DNA of 64,000 bases from Octopus vulgaris (GCA_951406725.2 OX597834.1:12834001-12898000); one strand, 5' to 3'; shown: positions 12,624 through 25,759, numbered from the stretch's first letter. Translations and numbers: made by a program. The notes: a model not told the origin generated them from the letters alone.

Positions 12624-12903
12624 TTCTTAAGCAGATCAGGCCGAAAATGTCGCTAGAAGCTAGGATTACCAAGCATAGATTGGCCTATTTTGGTAATATT
12701 ATGTGGAGAAAATCCCTGGAGAAGGACATCATGCTCGGAATGGTCAGTGGCAAGAGAGGAAGAGACCGACCAAGAACCCGCTGGCTTGACACCATCAAGA
12801 GTGATACCGGAATGGACATAGCCAATCTGAAAGAAGCGGCCCAGGATAGAACTGACTGGAGGACACTGATCCAACGAGTGACCGAGAGTCGACTTCGACT
12901 GAG

Positions 12904-12947
<44 letters not shown>

Positions 12948-13226
12948 CTTAATCAGATAAGGCCGAAAATGTCGCTAGAAGCTAGGATTACCAAGCATAG
13001 ATTGGCATATTTCGGTCATATTATGCGGAGAAAATCCCTGGAGAAGGATATCATGCTCGGAATGGTCAGTGGCAAGAGAGGAAGAGACCGACCAAGAACC
13101 CGGTGGCTTGACACCATCAAGAGTGATACCGGAATGGACATAGCCAATCTGAAAGAAGCGGCCCAGGACAGATCTGTCTGGAGGACACTGATCCAACGAG
13201 TGACCGAGAGTCGACTTCGAGTGAGA

Positions 13227-13268
<42 letters not shown>

Positions 13269-13558
13269 TCTTAAGCAGATAAGGCCGAAAATGTCGCTAG
13301 AAGCTAGGATTACCAAGCATAGATTGGCATATTTCGGTCATATTATGCGGAGAAAATCCCTGGAGAAGGATATCATGCTCGGAATGGTCAGTGGCAAGAG
13401 AGGAAGAGGCCGACCACGAACCTGCTGGCTTGACACCATCAAGCGTGATACCAGAATGGACATAGCCAATCTGAAAGAAGCGGCCAGGATAGAACTGACT
13501 GGAGGACACAGATCCATCGAGTAACCGAGAGTCGACTTCGACTGAGCGAATAGATAGA
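12287..13558 (+). mobile_element. Four tandem 3'-terminal fragments of an RTE-clade LINE
   Basis: Each unit of about 320 bp encodes RLAYFGHIMRR..KRGRGRPRTRWLD..AAQDR.DWR, the typical RTE ORF C-terminus. Units start at about 12287, 12623, 12945 and 13267; TAGTGGCA flanks the whole array. Confidence 0.92.
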
Positions 13559-13659
13559 TAGTGGCATTTCATTGTTGGAATTATCACTGAAATACTTTAA
13601 ATATTTTAAAGATGAGGTGGTTCACCTAGAAAGTAATAACAATTGAGCATTTCAGCAGA

Positions 13660-13900
13660 TGTATCAGAATGGTAGGATAAGCTGTCAAAACGATTACTGG
13701 TGTATAGAGCATATTATTGCAGAGAGCAATTAGAGAACGAATCATTCATATGTGTCATGGATTGAATATCAAATATTTAGAGGCAGCATAGCACAGTCAC
13801 AGATATTGGATATACTAAAGGAAACTGAAGGCAGTATATCAATCATATGGCGTAAAAAGTAATTCGAACAATCAACATGATAATAAAAGTCAGTCACATT
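13660..13900 (+). pseudogene. Possible decayed RT fragment of an R4/Dong-like LINE
   Basis: VSWIEYQIFRGSIAQSQILDILK resembles the AWIDY.KAYDSVPHSWI motif; the match is short and degenerate. Confidence 0.3.
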
Positions 13901-14459
13901 TTCCTTTACAAGAGACTATATTAAAGTATAAGCTGAAAGCAATACGAATCACTGTGCAGTTTGTGCAAAGAAAGTGGTAGGTTTTCACGAAAAAGATATT
14001 ATATAAACTAGAAACTTACGTAACAGCCAGTTGTGAGGAAAATGTAATAACATTACAAATTGTAAATAAGCTAAGAAAAAAACTAATTGAAAATGAGATT
14101 AGAAAACTTTTATTTTTTGGAAAGCAGTGTGAGAGTCTTCATCACTGCCATAACTGACAACATTAAACAAAGCAGAAACAAAAAATTGTAAAAAGTGTAG
14201 CAATTTCGATCTGATCGGTTGGGTACTCAAAGTTGAAACGAAATGAAAAATGTATTGTGGTAAGAAAATGGCTGGGAAGCAATAAGACTTACGTTATTTA
14301 GAACCAGCAACTATACTCGTCACTCGCAACGAAATATGAATTGGTAGAATGTAGCATGCTTTTCCTAACCATTTCAGAAGACTTAGTTGATGCCTGCCGA
14401 TAGCGTCAATGTTTGAGCTAACCAGAGTCACATTACGGAACATGAGAGTTGGAGGGAGG

Positions 14460-14612
14460 AATTATAGTGCCAGCACTTGGTATATATTTCAGCTGATTGA
14501 AATGGAGCGACGAGAACGGATGTCTTTTTGTGAAAGAGCAGGCACGCTGCCTGGTTCAAAATTGAACCCCATTTTAACGATCATGAATTCCTATTTTAAC
14601 CTACTCTGCCTT
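14460..14612 (-). mobile_element. Old tRNA-headed SINE remnant related to the 27004 element
   Basis: Reverse complement has GGCAGAGTAGGTTAA..CATGATCG..GGGTTCAATT..CCATTTCAATCAGCTG, a similar layout to 27004-27135. Confidence 0.35.
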
Positions 14613-16247
14613 CATGCTCATGCAAAATTACTGTATCGCAAACTTGCATGGCAAAGTAAAGATAAAGTTGACCAATTGAATTTCACACAAGAGTTTACGG
14701 CAACAAATGAAATGATTACAAGAATGTAATGGCACAAACATTTTCCAGAAAGAAATGTTTTGGTATAGTACAAGTTAATGATCTTAAAAATTGTATTATG
14801 TCCCGTGTATATTTAAGCGACTGCATGAATTGAAAGGGGACAACAAAGGCAAAAGGCAAAAACATCAGTGTAACAAATTGAGTTTCATTACGGTTATAGA
14901 AGATACGATTTATTCGTTATCCTATTATTATTGGCAACTTAAATTTATATGTTGATAACGGTGTGTGACATCAAGGAAGCCTCGAATTGGAATTGTGTAA
15001 AGTATGAGAATATATCAATTCAGACTGAAAAATAAGGCATATTTTGGAACCTCCAAGAGAATAGGAGATACGGTAGATTTTCTATTGTGTTTTCTATAAA
15101 TCCGTAGTAAGAAATTAAATTAAGAGATATGTGAAAAATGTGCGATATAAAATAATCTATTTTAGTAAAGAAAATTGCATATCTTCTATCTGAATATCGA
15201 GCCATAACATGATAACGATTGGACCAAGATTATATACCACGCTCAGTGGAAAAAAGTTTTGAAAATATCATATGCAATGTTAATAAATATGACATTATGA
15301 GGCATTGTATTCCAAGAAACATATAAAACAGCATTTACTGAACGTACGAAATTTGCGAAAGGTGTCATTTAAGTGTGCGATAGTACAAAAATATGGCAAA
15401 TATATTATTTCTACTGAAACCAAAATATTGCAAAGTAAATTTGCTGTTCATATTCGAAGCAATGCAGCTCAAACTGAATATAGAAGCTGCAATATAATTA
15501 GAACAGGAAAATAACATTAACGCGTAAGACTTCGTATGTAGTTAGAATTTTATTTGAATATTCTGTAGAAATTCATCACATGACATTAGAGAATAATAAT
15601 TTAGACTGTAATTAACGTCAAAATATGTTGTACATCATATTATAGCAACAATGGATAAATGGCTTAAATTATTATTCGTGTAAAGGAGCAAAAATCTTTG
15701 CAGAAAAGGTTATATACTCTCTGACACTGATGATAATATTGATCATGGAAAGACAAAACCTTTTAAAAGGACAGAACCGCTGGTCTGCTATTATACGAAG
15801 ACCATACCTTCTATGCTGTACATAAATAGGTATGTTGTAGTTAATGTCTCTACAGAACTACCATCATTACCATTTTTTCTAACATAAATTTATATCTTAT
15901 TTCTCCGTACATTTCGTGATCAAAAATAATATTGAAGCTACGGTTTTCCCTTCATCTCTCGAAGTAGTGTTAATAAATCAACTTTCCTTCAGTAATTTAC
16001 TTAAATAATTTAACACAGTATTATACATTCTGCGCTTCTAGATTTAAAGTCACATCACGAAACACTTACCCAAATTTTGTACTTAGCTGTTTAAAGTTAT
16101 CTACAAAATTCAGTGAAGCGTTGCCTTATGGACGAAAAGCTACATATCCGACTAAGCTCTGCATCAATTCTCAACGTATAATTTATTTATTCCTTCGTGA
16201 GTGATACCCATATAGATAGATAAGCACACAGACATATGGCATATATA

Positions 16248-16618
16248 TCTCTCTCTATATAAACGGCAGTTTGTCTGTGCGTGTTTCTGTGTGTCTGTTT
16301 TCTCGTACCCTCACTCTGACCACGGCTTTCAACCGATTCTGATGAAACTTGACACACACATAGCCCAATGTCATAATTCAAAACTAACGCAGCGAAAATT
16401 TTGAAAAGTTCCCCCAGTTCTGAAAAAAATCGATAAATTCGACATGGGGTCGAGAATCAGAAACCTAAACCACAGACCGTCTAGGGGACGCAACTCGACC
16501 TTTTTAACTAAGAAAAAATTTACCATCATTTTTTTTCCATTTTTTGGCTATAACTCTCTAAAAATGCTTTATAGTTATTTCCCTTACAAACCCGAGCAAC
16601 GCCGGGCGATACTGCTAG
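16248..16618 (+). mobile_element. Non-autonomous Helitron
   Basis: 5' TC..TATATAAA, 3' hairpin CCCGAGCAACGCCGGG then CTAG followed by T. Near-identical copy at 45840-46203. Confidence 0.85.
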
Positions 16619-16639
16619 TATATATATATATAATAATAA

Positions 16640-16885
16640 TAAATATTAGGGAATAAATCCAAATTTACAGGGAAAAATCAGATTTAGGACTGAATCCAAT
16701 TTTATAGTAAAATATTATATAATATTAATTAGAGACAAAATCACTATTATTCAAATCAAACAAAGAAAGGCTTAATCCAATTACATAAAAAAATTTATAT
16801 AAATTAAATAAAATTAAATTCGCCACTACAATTGTTTCGTGTCTCTTCTAAGGACATTCATCAGGTGGTATTCAGATCTTCTATT
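16640..16885 (-). mobile_element. Probable Penelope-like element terminal fragment carrying a hammerhead
   Basis: Contains the hammerhead at 16823-16868, followed on the minus strand by an AT-rich tail ending in a TA run. PLE assignment is inferred from the ribozyme type. Confidence 0.5.
16823..16868 (-). ncRNA. Minimal type-I hammerhead ribozyme
   Basis: Minus strand reads CCAC-CTGATGA-ATGTC(CTTAGAAGA)GACAC-GAAAC-AATT-GTA-GTGG. Both core boxes are complete, stem I is CCAC/GTGG, and stem III is the palindrome ACAATTGT. Confidence 0.8.
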
Positions 16886-16964
16886 CAATTTTAAGTTATG
16901 AAGTAACACCCAACGAAACAAAATATTGTTGCTGGAGTACTTGATAAAGCAGTATAATTCTGGT

Positions 16965-17070
16965 GTAAAAGTTTGGCACAAGGCAAGTAATTTTGTTGTA
17001 AGGGGTAATTGGATTACGTCGAACCTATTGCTAAAATATTTTTTATTTCAACGAACACCGAAATGATGAA
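16965..17070 (-). mobile_element. Old SINE-B-like 3' fragment (alternative tail)
   Basis: TTTGGCACAAGGCAAGTAATTTTG is the reverse complement of the tail seen at 17670-17700. Confidence 0.5.
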
Positions 17071-17212
17071 ATACAAATATATATGTATATATATATACAC
17101 ACACATATACATTGGCCTGCTCGCTTAGCCAGCGGGGTGGCGTCATTTGAAGGCTAAAACAATGCGAAGCGCATTGTGACCAGCGATGTATAGTATATAC
17201 ATATGTATATAT

Positions 17213-17340
17213 TCGACGGGCTTCTTTAATTTTCCATCTACCAAATCTACTCACAAGGCTTTGGTTAGCCCGAGGCTATAGTAGAACAACCATGACCAAA
17301 TTGCTACGCAGTTGTTCAGAAACAAGATTCTTACCACACT
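17213..17340 (-). mobile_element. SINE-A 5' half, diverged
   Basis: CGACGGGCTTCTTT..CTACCAAATCTACTCACAAGGCTTTGG..CCGAGGCTATAGTAGAA. Confidence 0.75.
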
Positions 17341-17499
17341 GTCATACATAGACACACACACATACATGTAGGCGTGTCTATGTGTCTGTGTGTGAATGTC
17401 TGTTAACCTACATATGTATGTGTGTGTGTTTGTGTCTCTGTGTGTGAGTGCAAATGATAGTAAAACGTGTAACAACGCAATTTATGTTTTATAGTGCCA

Positions 17500-17710
17500 A
17501 GCGGGAAGAGGAAATTAGCACGTCGGGCAAATTGCTTGGCGGATGGCGTCCGGCTTTACGTTCTGATTTCAAATTCCGCGGACGTCGAATTTGTATTTCA
17601 TCATTTCGATGTTCGTTAGAATAAATAATATTTTAGCACTAGGGTCGACATAATCCAGTTCTCCTTACAACAAAATTGCTTGCCTTGTTCCAAACATTTA
17701 CACCAGAATT
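17500..17710 (+). mobile_element. Old SINE-B with alternative tail
   Basis: TTAGCACGTCGGGCAAATTGCTT..TTACGTTCTGATTTCAAATTCCGC..GGGTCGAC..AAAATTGCTTGCCTTGTTCCAAA. Confidence 0.65.
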
Positions 17711-18214
17711 ATATTTTGTATCGTTGGGTACAGTTGAGGGTTAAAAACAAGGTAAATCTTCTTTCTGGATGAAAAACGATGAAAAGACTCACATGACCAT
17801 TTTTATAGTGAGTAAAGACAAATCACATGACGATGACAATGGACGATTTTTATCCAACAGGTTTCGAGACTCGCAAAATGAAGAAAAAAAATATTTTTCA
17901 AATATGGCGAAGATGAGAATTTCTGTTAAATAAATATAAATCACAAACGTTGAGAAGAAAATTTACAAGCAATTATGAATATAGCGCAGCTGCGGCATAT
18001 GTCTCTACAACAGGAAAAACAGTCACCGGAAGAACAAGAAGACATACAATATTGAATAAAATATGAGTGTCTTGCTGAAGATATACTATGTGTGGAGACG
18101 TATTTATACATATTCACAAAAGCATACGGCGCACGCACATACATAGAGACACACTCGTCCACACACTCAAACACCGTCCAACCTATATGGCTGCTTTTGT
18201 GCGTGAGAATGTGT

Positions 18215-18295
18215 TTGTCTATATATGTATATGTATGTCTGTATCTATACATATACGTGTGTGTATGTATATATATATATACGTGTGTGTATGTG

Positions 18296-18329
<34 letters not shown>

Positions 18330-18339
18330 TGCGTGCGTG

Positions 18340-18383
<44 letters not shown>

Positions 18384-18438
18384 TGCGTGTTTGTATATAT
18401 ATATATATACATACATATATATATATGAGTGCTTGTTT

Positions 18439-18497
<59 letters not shown>

Positions 18498-18606
18498 TGC
18501 TTGTTTTATATATATATATATATATATGAGTGCTTGTTTTTATATATATATATATATGAGTGCGTGTTTATATATATATATATATATGTGTGTATGAGTG
18601 CGTGTT

Positions 18607-18637
<31 letters not shown>

Positions 18638-18650
18638 GTGAGTGAGTTTT

Positions 18651-18681
<31 letters not shown>

Positions 18682-18735
18682 TTAGATTTATATATATGTT
18701 TGTGTATGTATGTTTACATGTATGTTTGTGTGTGT
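18215..18735. repeat. (TA)n/(TG)n microsatellite with repeated GAGTGC(T/G)TGTTT interruptions
   Basis: Read directly from the sequence. Confidence 0.95.
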
Positions 18736-19184
18736 TAGTTCATGTTATTGGAGAAGCACATAAATACACAAATGCTTATAAATGGAAATCTATGTTACTG
18801 AACTGTATACAATGTCGTTTATTGTTTATATTCTTCTTTGTTTTTAATTGGACTGAGGCCATGCTGGGGCACTGTGTTGAAGAATCTGAACCGAGTTAAC
18901 CGTTCCCCGCACTTATATAACGTTTGACGAATCTCTTTCGTTTACTATCAGCATCTTCTGCCGAACGACTAAGTTGCTCATTCTAAACACTCAAACGCCG
19001 ATTGTCAACCGGTCTTTACTGGATTCTATTACATGATGCATATTATTATTATTACGGGCAAACATCTCTGTGAACTTTAGAAAATTTCTTTAATATTTTG
19101 TTTACTCCTTGAAATAATTATTATTTCTTTCTTGTATTTCTTTTTTCCATTATTTTGTCAGCACTCACAAATGATGATCCGTTA

Positions 19185-19601
19185 TACTCCTTACCCTTAT
19201 ACTTGTTTCAATCATTTGACTGTGGCCATGCTGGAGCACCGCCTTTAATCGAGCAACTCGACCCTGGGACTTATACTTTGTAAGCCCAGTACTTATTCTA
19301 TCGGTTCTCTTTTGCCGAACCGCTAAGTGACGGGGACGTAAACACACCAGCATTAGTTGTCAAGCAATGCTAGGGGGGGGGACAAACAAAGGCACACAAA
19401 TATACACACGAATATATATATATATATACATATATATACGACGGGGTTCTTTCAGTTTCCGTCTACCAAATCCACTCACAAGGCATTGGTCGGCCCGAGG
19501 CTATAGCAGAAAACACTTGCCCAAGATGCCACGCAGTGGGACTGAACACGGAACCATGTGATTGATAAGCAAGCTACTTACCACATAGCCACTCCTGCGC
19601 C
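19185..19601 (-). mobile_element. SINE-A, full length
   Basis: Complete head, microsatellite and tail. Confidence 0.93.
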
Positions 19602-19834
19602 CATATTTATTAGTTTTGTACTTTAGCCTTTGATTGTTTAAATTAATATTCCCCAACAAACAATAAATTCCAATTTGTGCAGGTTACATCTCATGCCTAC
19701 TACCAAATTCCAGAGAATTTTCCAAGTATTCTAGACGTTTCGACTTTGACGGTGAACGTGTAATTTCTTTGGCACTATTAGAAAGGGCAGTCATTCTTCA
19801 TACATGTATTATGCATGTACATATGTATGTCTAC

Positions 19835-20440
19835 TCACAAACACACACACACACACACACATACATACACACACTCTCTCACACACACACACACGCACAC
19901 ACACACATAATACACACTCTCTCTCACACACACGCACACATACATAATACACACTCACACACACACACGCACACACACATAATACACACTCTCTCTCTCT
20001 CACACACACATAATACACACTCTCTCTCACACACACACACATAATACACACTCTCTCTCACACACACACACATAATACACACTCTCTCTCACACACACAC
20101 ACACATAATACACACTCTCTCTCACACACACACACACATAATACTCTCTCTCTCACACACACACACACACATAATACACACTCTCTCTCACACACACACA
20201 CACACACATAATACACACTCTCTCTCACACACACATACATAATACACACTCTCTCTCACACACACACATAATACACACTCTCTCTCACACACACACACAC
20301 ACATAATACACACTCTCTCACACACACACACACACATAATACACACTCTCTCACACACACACACACACATAATACACACTCTCACACACACACACAATAC
20401 ACACTCTCACACACACACACATAATACACTCTCACACACA
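19835..20440. repeat. Minisatellite, unit of about 30 bp (CA)n-TAATACACA-(CT)n
   Basis: About 18 tandem units of CACACATAATACACACTCTCTCT. Confidence 0.95.
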
Positions 20441-20823
20441 TATATATATATATGTTTGTATCTATGTATGATTGTGTATATATAGACACACACATATATA
20501 TATAGAGAAATATGTGTGTGTGTGTGTGTGTGTGTGTGTATGCACATACGTTTATAAATTGAAAGGTTTAATACGCATTCCAATTTGTCAAAACAACTAT
20601 ATAACATTCCTTTATTATAATAAATCGAACATAAATATATATTAAGACATCACCACATCTTCAGTGGTAAAAGACAATAGAATAAAATATACTCATATAT
20701 ACGAATAAAAGGTGATAAAACCTAAAAGGGTAATACTATTGATGTCGAATGAAGAAAAATAGAATATATGGATTCAATTAATGCACCGGAAAAGCGACTA
20801 AAAATTCAAGTCAATGAAACACA

Positions 20824-20877
<54 letters not shown>

Positions 20878-21083
20878 ATAAAGGCTACAGGTATCCTTGC
20901 GGATAATAATAGCCGAAACTAAATCAGTACATGGATAAGTATTGTATTTCGTATATTTTCACTTGTTTATTGCTTGGGTTTGTGATGAGTTTGATTTGAG
21001 AACATAATCTTTTGTGGAGAATGGCGATTTGTCGTCTATATCTAGCATGTTGACTGTCCACTTTTCGTGTTCAATCCTTAATT

Positions 21084-21124
<41 letters not shown>

Positions 21125-21450
21125 AGATATATAAAAATATAGGGTAAAGTAGTACCTATATAAGACTCCATTCAGACCTTTTTCTACGATTGTGTCAAAA
21201 GATATTGCAACACTTTGTTAATATATAATTCATTCAGAAATTGCAAAGGCAATGTCCTTTTCTTCAGGGCAAAGTTTACAAGTTTCAGATTTCTGGCTGC
21301 CAAATGATGAAGAAAGATCATTGCTACAATTTATTTCTCCTTTCGTCTTGGAGTAACCTGAGCACTTCCATCTCCAGTCCTGTTTTTATGCTTTGTTTTA
21401 ACGACATTAAAAGCATTATCCTGATACACACACACACACACACACACACA

Positions 21451-21847
21451 TACTCTTTACTCGTTTCAGTCATTTGACTGCGGCCATGTTGGAGCACCGC
21501 CTTTAATCGAGCAACTCGACCCCGGGACTTATTCTTTTGTAAGTCCAGTACTTATTCTATCGGCCTCTTTTGCCGAACCGCTAAGTAACGGGGACATAAA
21601 CACACCAGCATCGGCTGTCAAGCAATGCTAGGGGGACAAACACAGACACACAAACACACACATGCATATATATATACATATATACGACGGTCTTCTTTCA
21701 GTTTCCGTCTACCAAATCCACTCACAAGGCTTTGGTCGGCCCGAGGCTATAGTAGAAGACACTTGCCCAAGGTGCCACGCAGTGGGACTGAAACCAGAAC
21801 CATGTGGTTGGTAAACAAGCTACTTACCACACAGCCACTCCTGCGCC
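21451..21847 (-). mobile_element. SINE-A, full length
   Basis: Complete head, microsatellite and tail. Confidence 0.93.
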
Positions 21848-21901
<54 letters not shown>

Positions 21902-21989
21902 CACACACACACACATATATATATATACACATGTGTATATATAAATATATATATGTGTGTGTGTATGTATATATATATCAGGATAATGC

Positions 21990-22022
<33 letters not shown>

Positions 22023-22194
22023 CTCATATATATACACATATACGCATTGTATTGCAAGTGTATTATTATCCAGTATGTATATATATTTGGAAACGATTTA
22101 AGGTGTTTTCTTTTATTTGTAGTATGTGTTAGAATTTTTTACACGTGCAAGAATTTAGTTTGGAAATGCTACGCCTTCCAAACTAAATACTTTG

Positions 22195-22236
<42 letters not shown>

Positions 22237-23681
22237 TATAAACCGATAAACAATTAAATGCAAACATTAGGTGGTTATTGTTTCGGATTAAAATTTTCAA
22301 CCATGCTCTCTATTTTCAAATTACGATGTAATGAATACATCCTTACATCCAACAACAATAATAGAGAGGGTAACAACACTCTACGAAACTTGTAATTTGA
22401 TGGGGAGATTTAATACTTATTCAAGCATTAAATGGAAATTTGTGTAGACAAATGAAACAACACGCTTTTCATTTCGAAGGGAAATAGTTTAGAGAGAATG
22501 AATTGAATTATGGTAAGTAGATTAAATGAATGAAATAATTTTAAAAGGAGTATGTTTTATTTAATGAAATGTAAAGGAGAAAAAGTAATATGTTATAGTT
22601 TTAAAAAAGGTGATTGTAGTTATAAAATGGTAAGTATTTAGTGTGATTTTAGGCAATTAAGTTAATTATCGTAGTAAACACAGGGATTATTTGAACAGTT
22701 AGGGAGGAATTAAAGTGTTCTAAGATTTAAGAGATTAAATTAACGAATAATGTGGTAATTAGAAATCTAAAAAGAAAGAAATTGTTTGGGCTTTTTGTAA
22801 ATGTTTCTGTATTAAGAGGTTATAAATAAAACTAAAATACATAGTGGAATGTTAGAAGCAGAGTAAACCTAAGGCTAAGAAAATATTAACAAATAAGATG
22901 AAATTATATTTAAACACCCTAAATTGCACAATGGGAATGATGTTAACGGTTACACGATTATGTACAACGAATATAACGTATGCGTAAACTAATTTGATAA
23001 ATTCAAGATATGAAATTTTTACTAAGTTCAATGTACATGAGATAAAGTGTTCCAGGATATGAATAATATTTATCGTTCAATGTACGGTTAAATACTAGTT
23101 GCCTAGTTAAATATGTTGCCTATAGAATATTCGGAGTAAAAGTGTGAATCCACTTTATTACTTTACGTTATATTGTGGACATTTTAATTTTCGATATCTC
23201 ACGTTTCCAAGTTGCAATCCTTTTACTGTGTTTATTATTAAGTAAATTGCCCTTAGCGAATAACACATCTAAGTAACTGAATAATTGAAAATGCTTCCCT
23301 CGAATCCTGAAGGCACTTAAGGACATTTTATAAGTTCACACATTTTCATATTATTCATTGTAATCTAAGTTCTCATGAAATTAGGGAATATGTTTAATTA
23401 AGATCTAATATAACATATTTAGCAAGTTTTATCAATTTTAATCATTGGCGGACATGCTAAATCAACATTACTTCAATTGAAAGGCATGAAATAGAACCAA
23501 GGGTACTGTGAGATGAGAGGACATCATCAACTGGGCCTTCGTGGAATATTGCTTGATTTACGCGTCGCATGCTTTCGGAAAGAACCAACAATCTTCGTTA
23601 CCCTGAACAGTCATTTTACAACGGGGTATCGCATGTATAAAATCTGTTTTCATTGGCTCTCTTATGAAAGAGGCTGTTTCT

Positions 23682-23685
<4 letters not shown>

Positions 23686-23713
<28 letters not shown>

Positions 23714-23912
23714 ATTCTTTGGCTCAAAAGCAAAAAGCAAGGCCATGTAGGGGGACATGGAGTTAAATACAGGGTGGTGTTCATGTAAAGGGTTCAGACC
23801 ACTTGAGGTCAAGGTAGACTTTGAACAAAGCGGTCGTCGGCATCATCACCATCTCGTCTGGCAGCTTGTTCCACGGATCCGCAACCCGGACGGAGAAAGC
23901 TCCACTCCTCTC
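23686..23912 (-). mobile_element. 3' end of a CR1-clade LINE with a (TAAC)n tail
   Basis: Minus strand encodes GAFSVRVADPWNKLPDEMVMMPTTALFKVYLDLKW, matching the CR1 ORF2 C-terminal pattern FS.RV..WN.LP...FK..LD. Short UTR and tandem tail follow. Confidence 0.8.
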
Positions 23913-24074
23913 CTTCGATAGCATTCAGGGAAGTAAATGTTTCGGGTATTACTATACTGTATTATTATAATTCATACACTATTTGATGCTTATCGGTCAT
24001 AAAACCTACACGATTTCATAGATAACATGCGACAAGTTTAACTCATGTAAACCATCCTCATTTTTTTTTTCATT

Positions 24075-24807
24075 TCTCATTTACTTGTTTCAGTCATTAG
24101 ACTGTGGCCATGCTGAAGCACAGCTTTTAGTCGAGCAAATCGAGCCCAGGACTTATTCTTTGTAGGCTTGGTACTTATTATATCGGTCTCTTTTGCAGAA
24201 CCGCTAAGTTGCGGGGACGTAAACACACCAGCATCGGTTGTCAAGCAATGCTAGGGGGACAAACACAGACACACAAACACATACACACATACATATATAT
24301 ATATATCACCACTTTGATCTGTTTTTTGTATTGAATACGTATCGCCACCGTGGGCCACTGCATCGAACACTTTGAACATATAGCATGAATGAACTTACTT
24401 CAAACTATATATCAACTATACATGAACTCTAAGATGTCTGGCTCCGTTGTGTATTATAAATGAATTTCTTGTGTTTGACGGCATGAGCTGTCTTTTTTTA
24501 TATATAACTTTTTTTGATAAGGTTCATTTCAGGAACTGAAACATGTTATAATGTATATATAAAAATTAAAAATTGTATAATACAGCAGCATTTTCAAACT
24601 TCATTTTTTACAAATATATATATATATATATATATACATATATACGACGGGCTTCTTTCAGTTTCCGTCTACCAAATCCACTCACAAGGCATTGGTCGGC
24701 CCGGGGTTATAGTAGAAGACACTTGCCCAACGTGCCACGCAATGGGACTGAACCCGGAACCATGTGGTTCGTAAGCAAGCTACTTACCACACAGCCACTC
24801 CTGCGCC
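24075..24807 (-). mobile_element. SINE-A split in its internal microsatellite by an insert of about 310 bp
   Basis: Tail half at 24075-24305 and head half at 24614-24807 are colinear and on the same strand. Confidence 0.8.
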
Positions 24808-25721
24808 TATTTTATTTCGCCTTTCAACGGATGAAAGAACGAAACCACCAGTGGATATTGTTTCTATTCGTTCTATAAATTACAGAAAGTAGTGAAACCT
24901 TTCTTGTTATAATTTCTTCGAATTTTCTTACATGCCGTTCGCGGTTAATTACCCTTGACGATGTTTAACTTCAAACTGAGTCAATACTAGAATTTCACAT
25001 CCAGTGAGATGGTACGATCCCGATATATAAGAAGAATCCACAGCGTTTAGAGGTACAGAACGCTTTTATTGGTTTACAAGAGAATACAACACAACTTTAA
25101 GCATGTTTTCGTACGTCCGCAAATCTTCAGGGAAAATGATTATTGCACTAAAAAATTATAATTCAATTATTTATGGTTACTGTTTATTAATTTTACATTC
25201 TCAAGCAAGATATCTTTGTTGTTTTTGCAGCGGTGCAAAGACAAAAACGGGATGCGTGAAAGAATTATACGGCAGAGTACACAGAGAAATTATAATTAAT
25301 ATACGCTCTTCGTAACAAAAACCTTTGACCGAGGACCAACGTGTGTTCGAATTACGGTAGCAAAACGAAAAGTGACAGTTACAATGAGAGACAATGATGA
25401 ACAAATACATAGAAAAGTCCTGTTAACTGAACAATGAGCTGATTATTGATCTAAAAACGAGTTAGGAAAGATGTTCAAAAAATAAAACAATGTTGAGTGT
25501 CATGATCTTAGTAAGAAACGTTAAAAAATCAATGCATGATGGGCGATTAGGTGCTGTTAACAATGCAACATCGGAACGATCCAAATTATGTCTTATATTC
25601 AAATTCGAAGTATATCTCACTATGATATGTTTTGTCATACATTGTGTGTTAATAAGACAGATAACATAGGCACAAATAAAAAAACATGGAACATGGAATT
25701 GACCTTATACGGTGCTGATAA

Positions 25722-25752
<31 letters not shown>

Positions 25753-25759
<7 letters not shown>

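Noticed and set aside
20652-20670. ACCA-CTGAAGA on the minus strand (also CTGATGA at 32190, 33285 and 59418)
   Set aside because: No downstream GAAAC box or closing stems.
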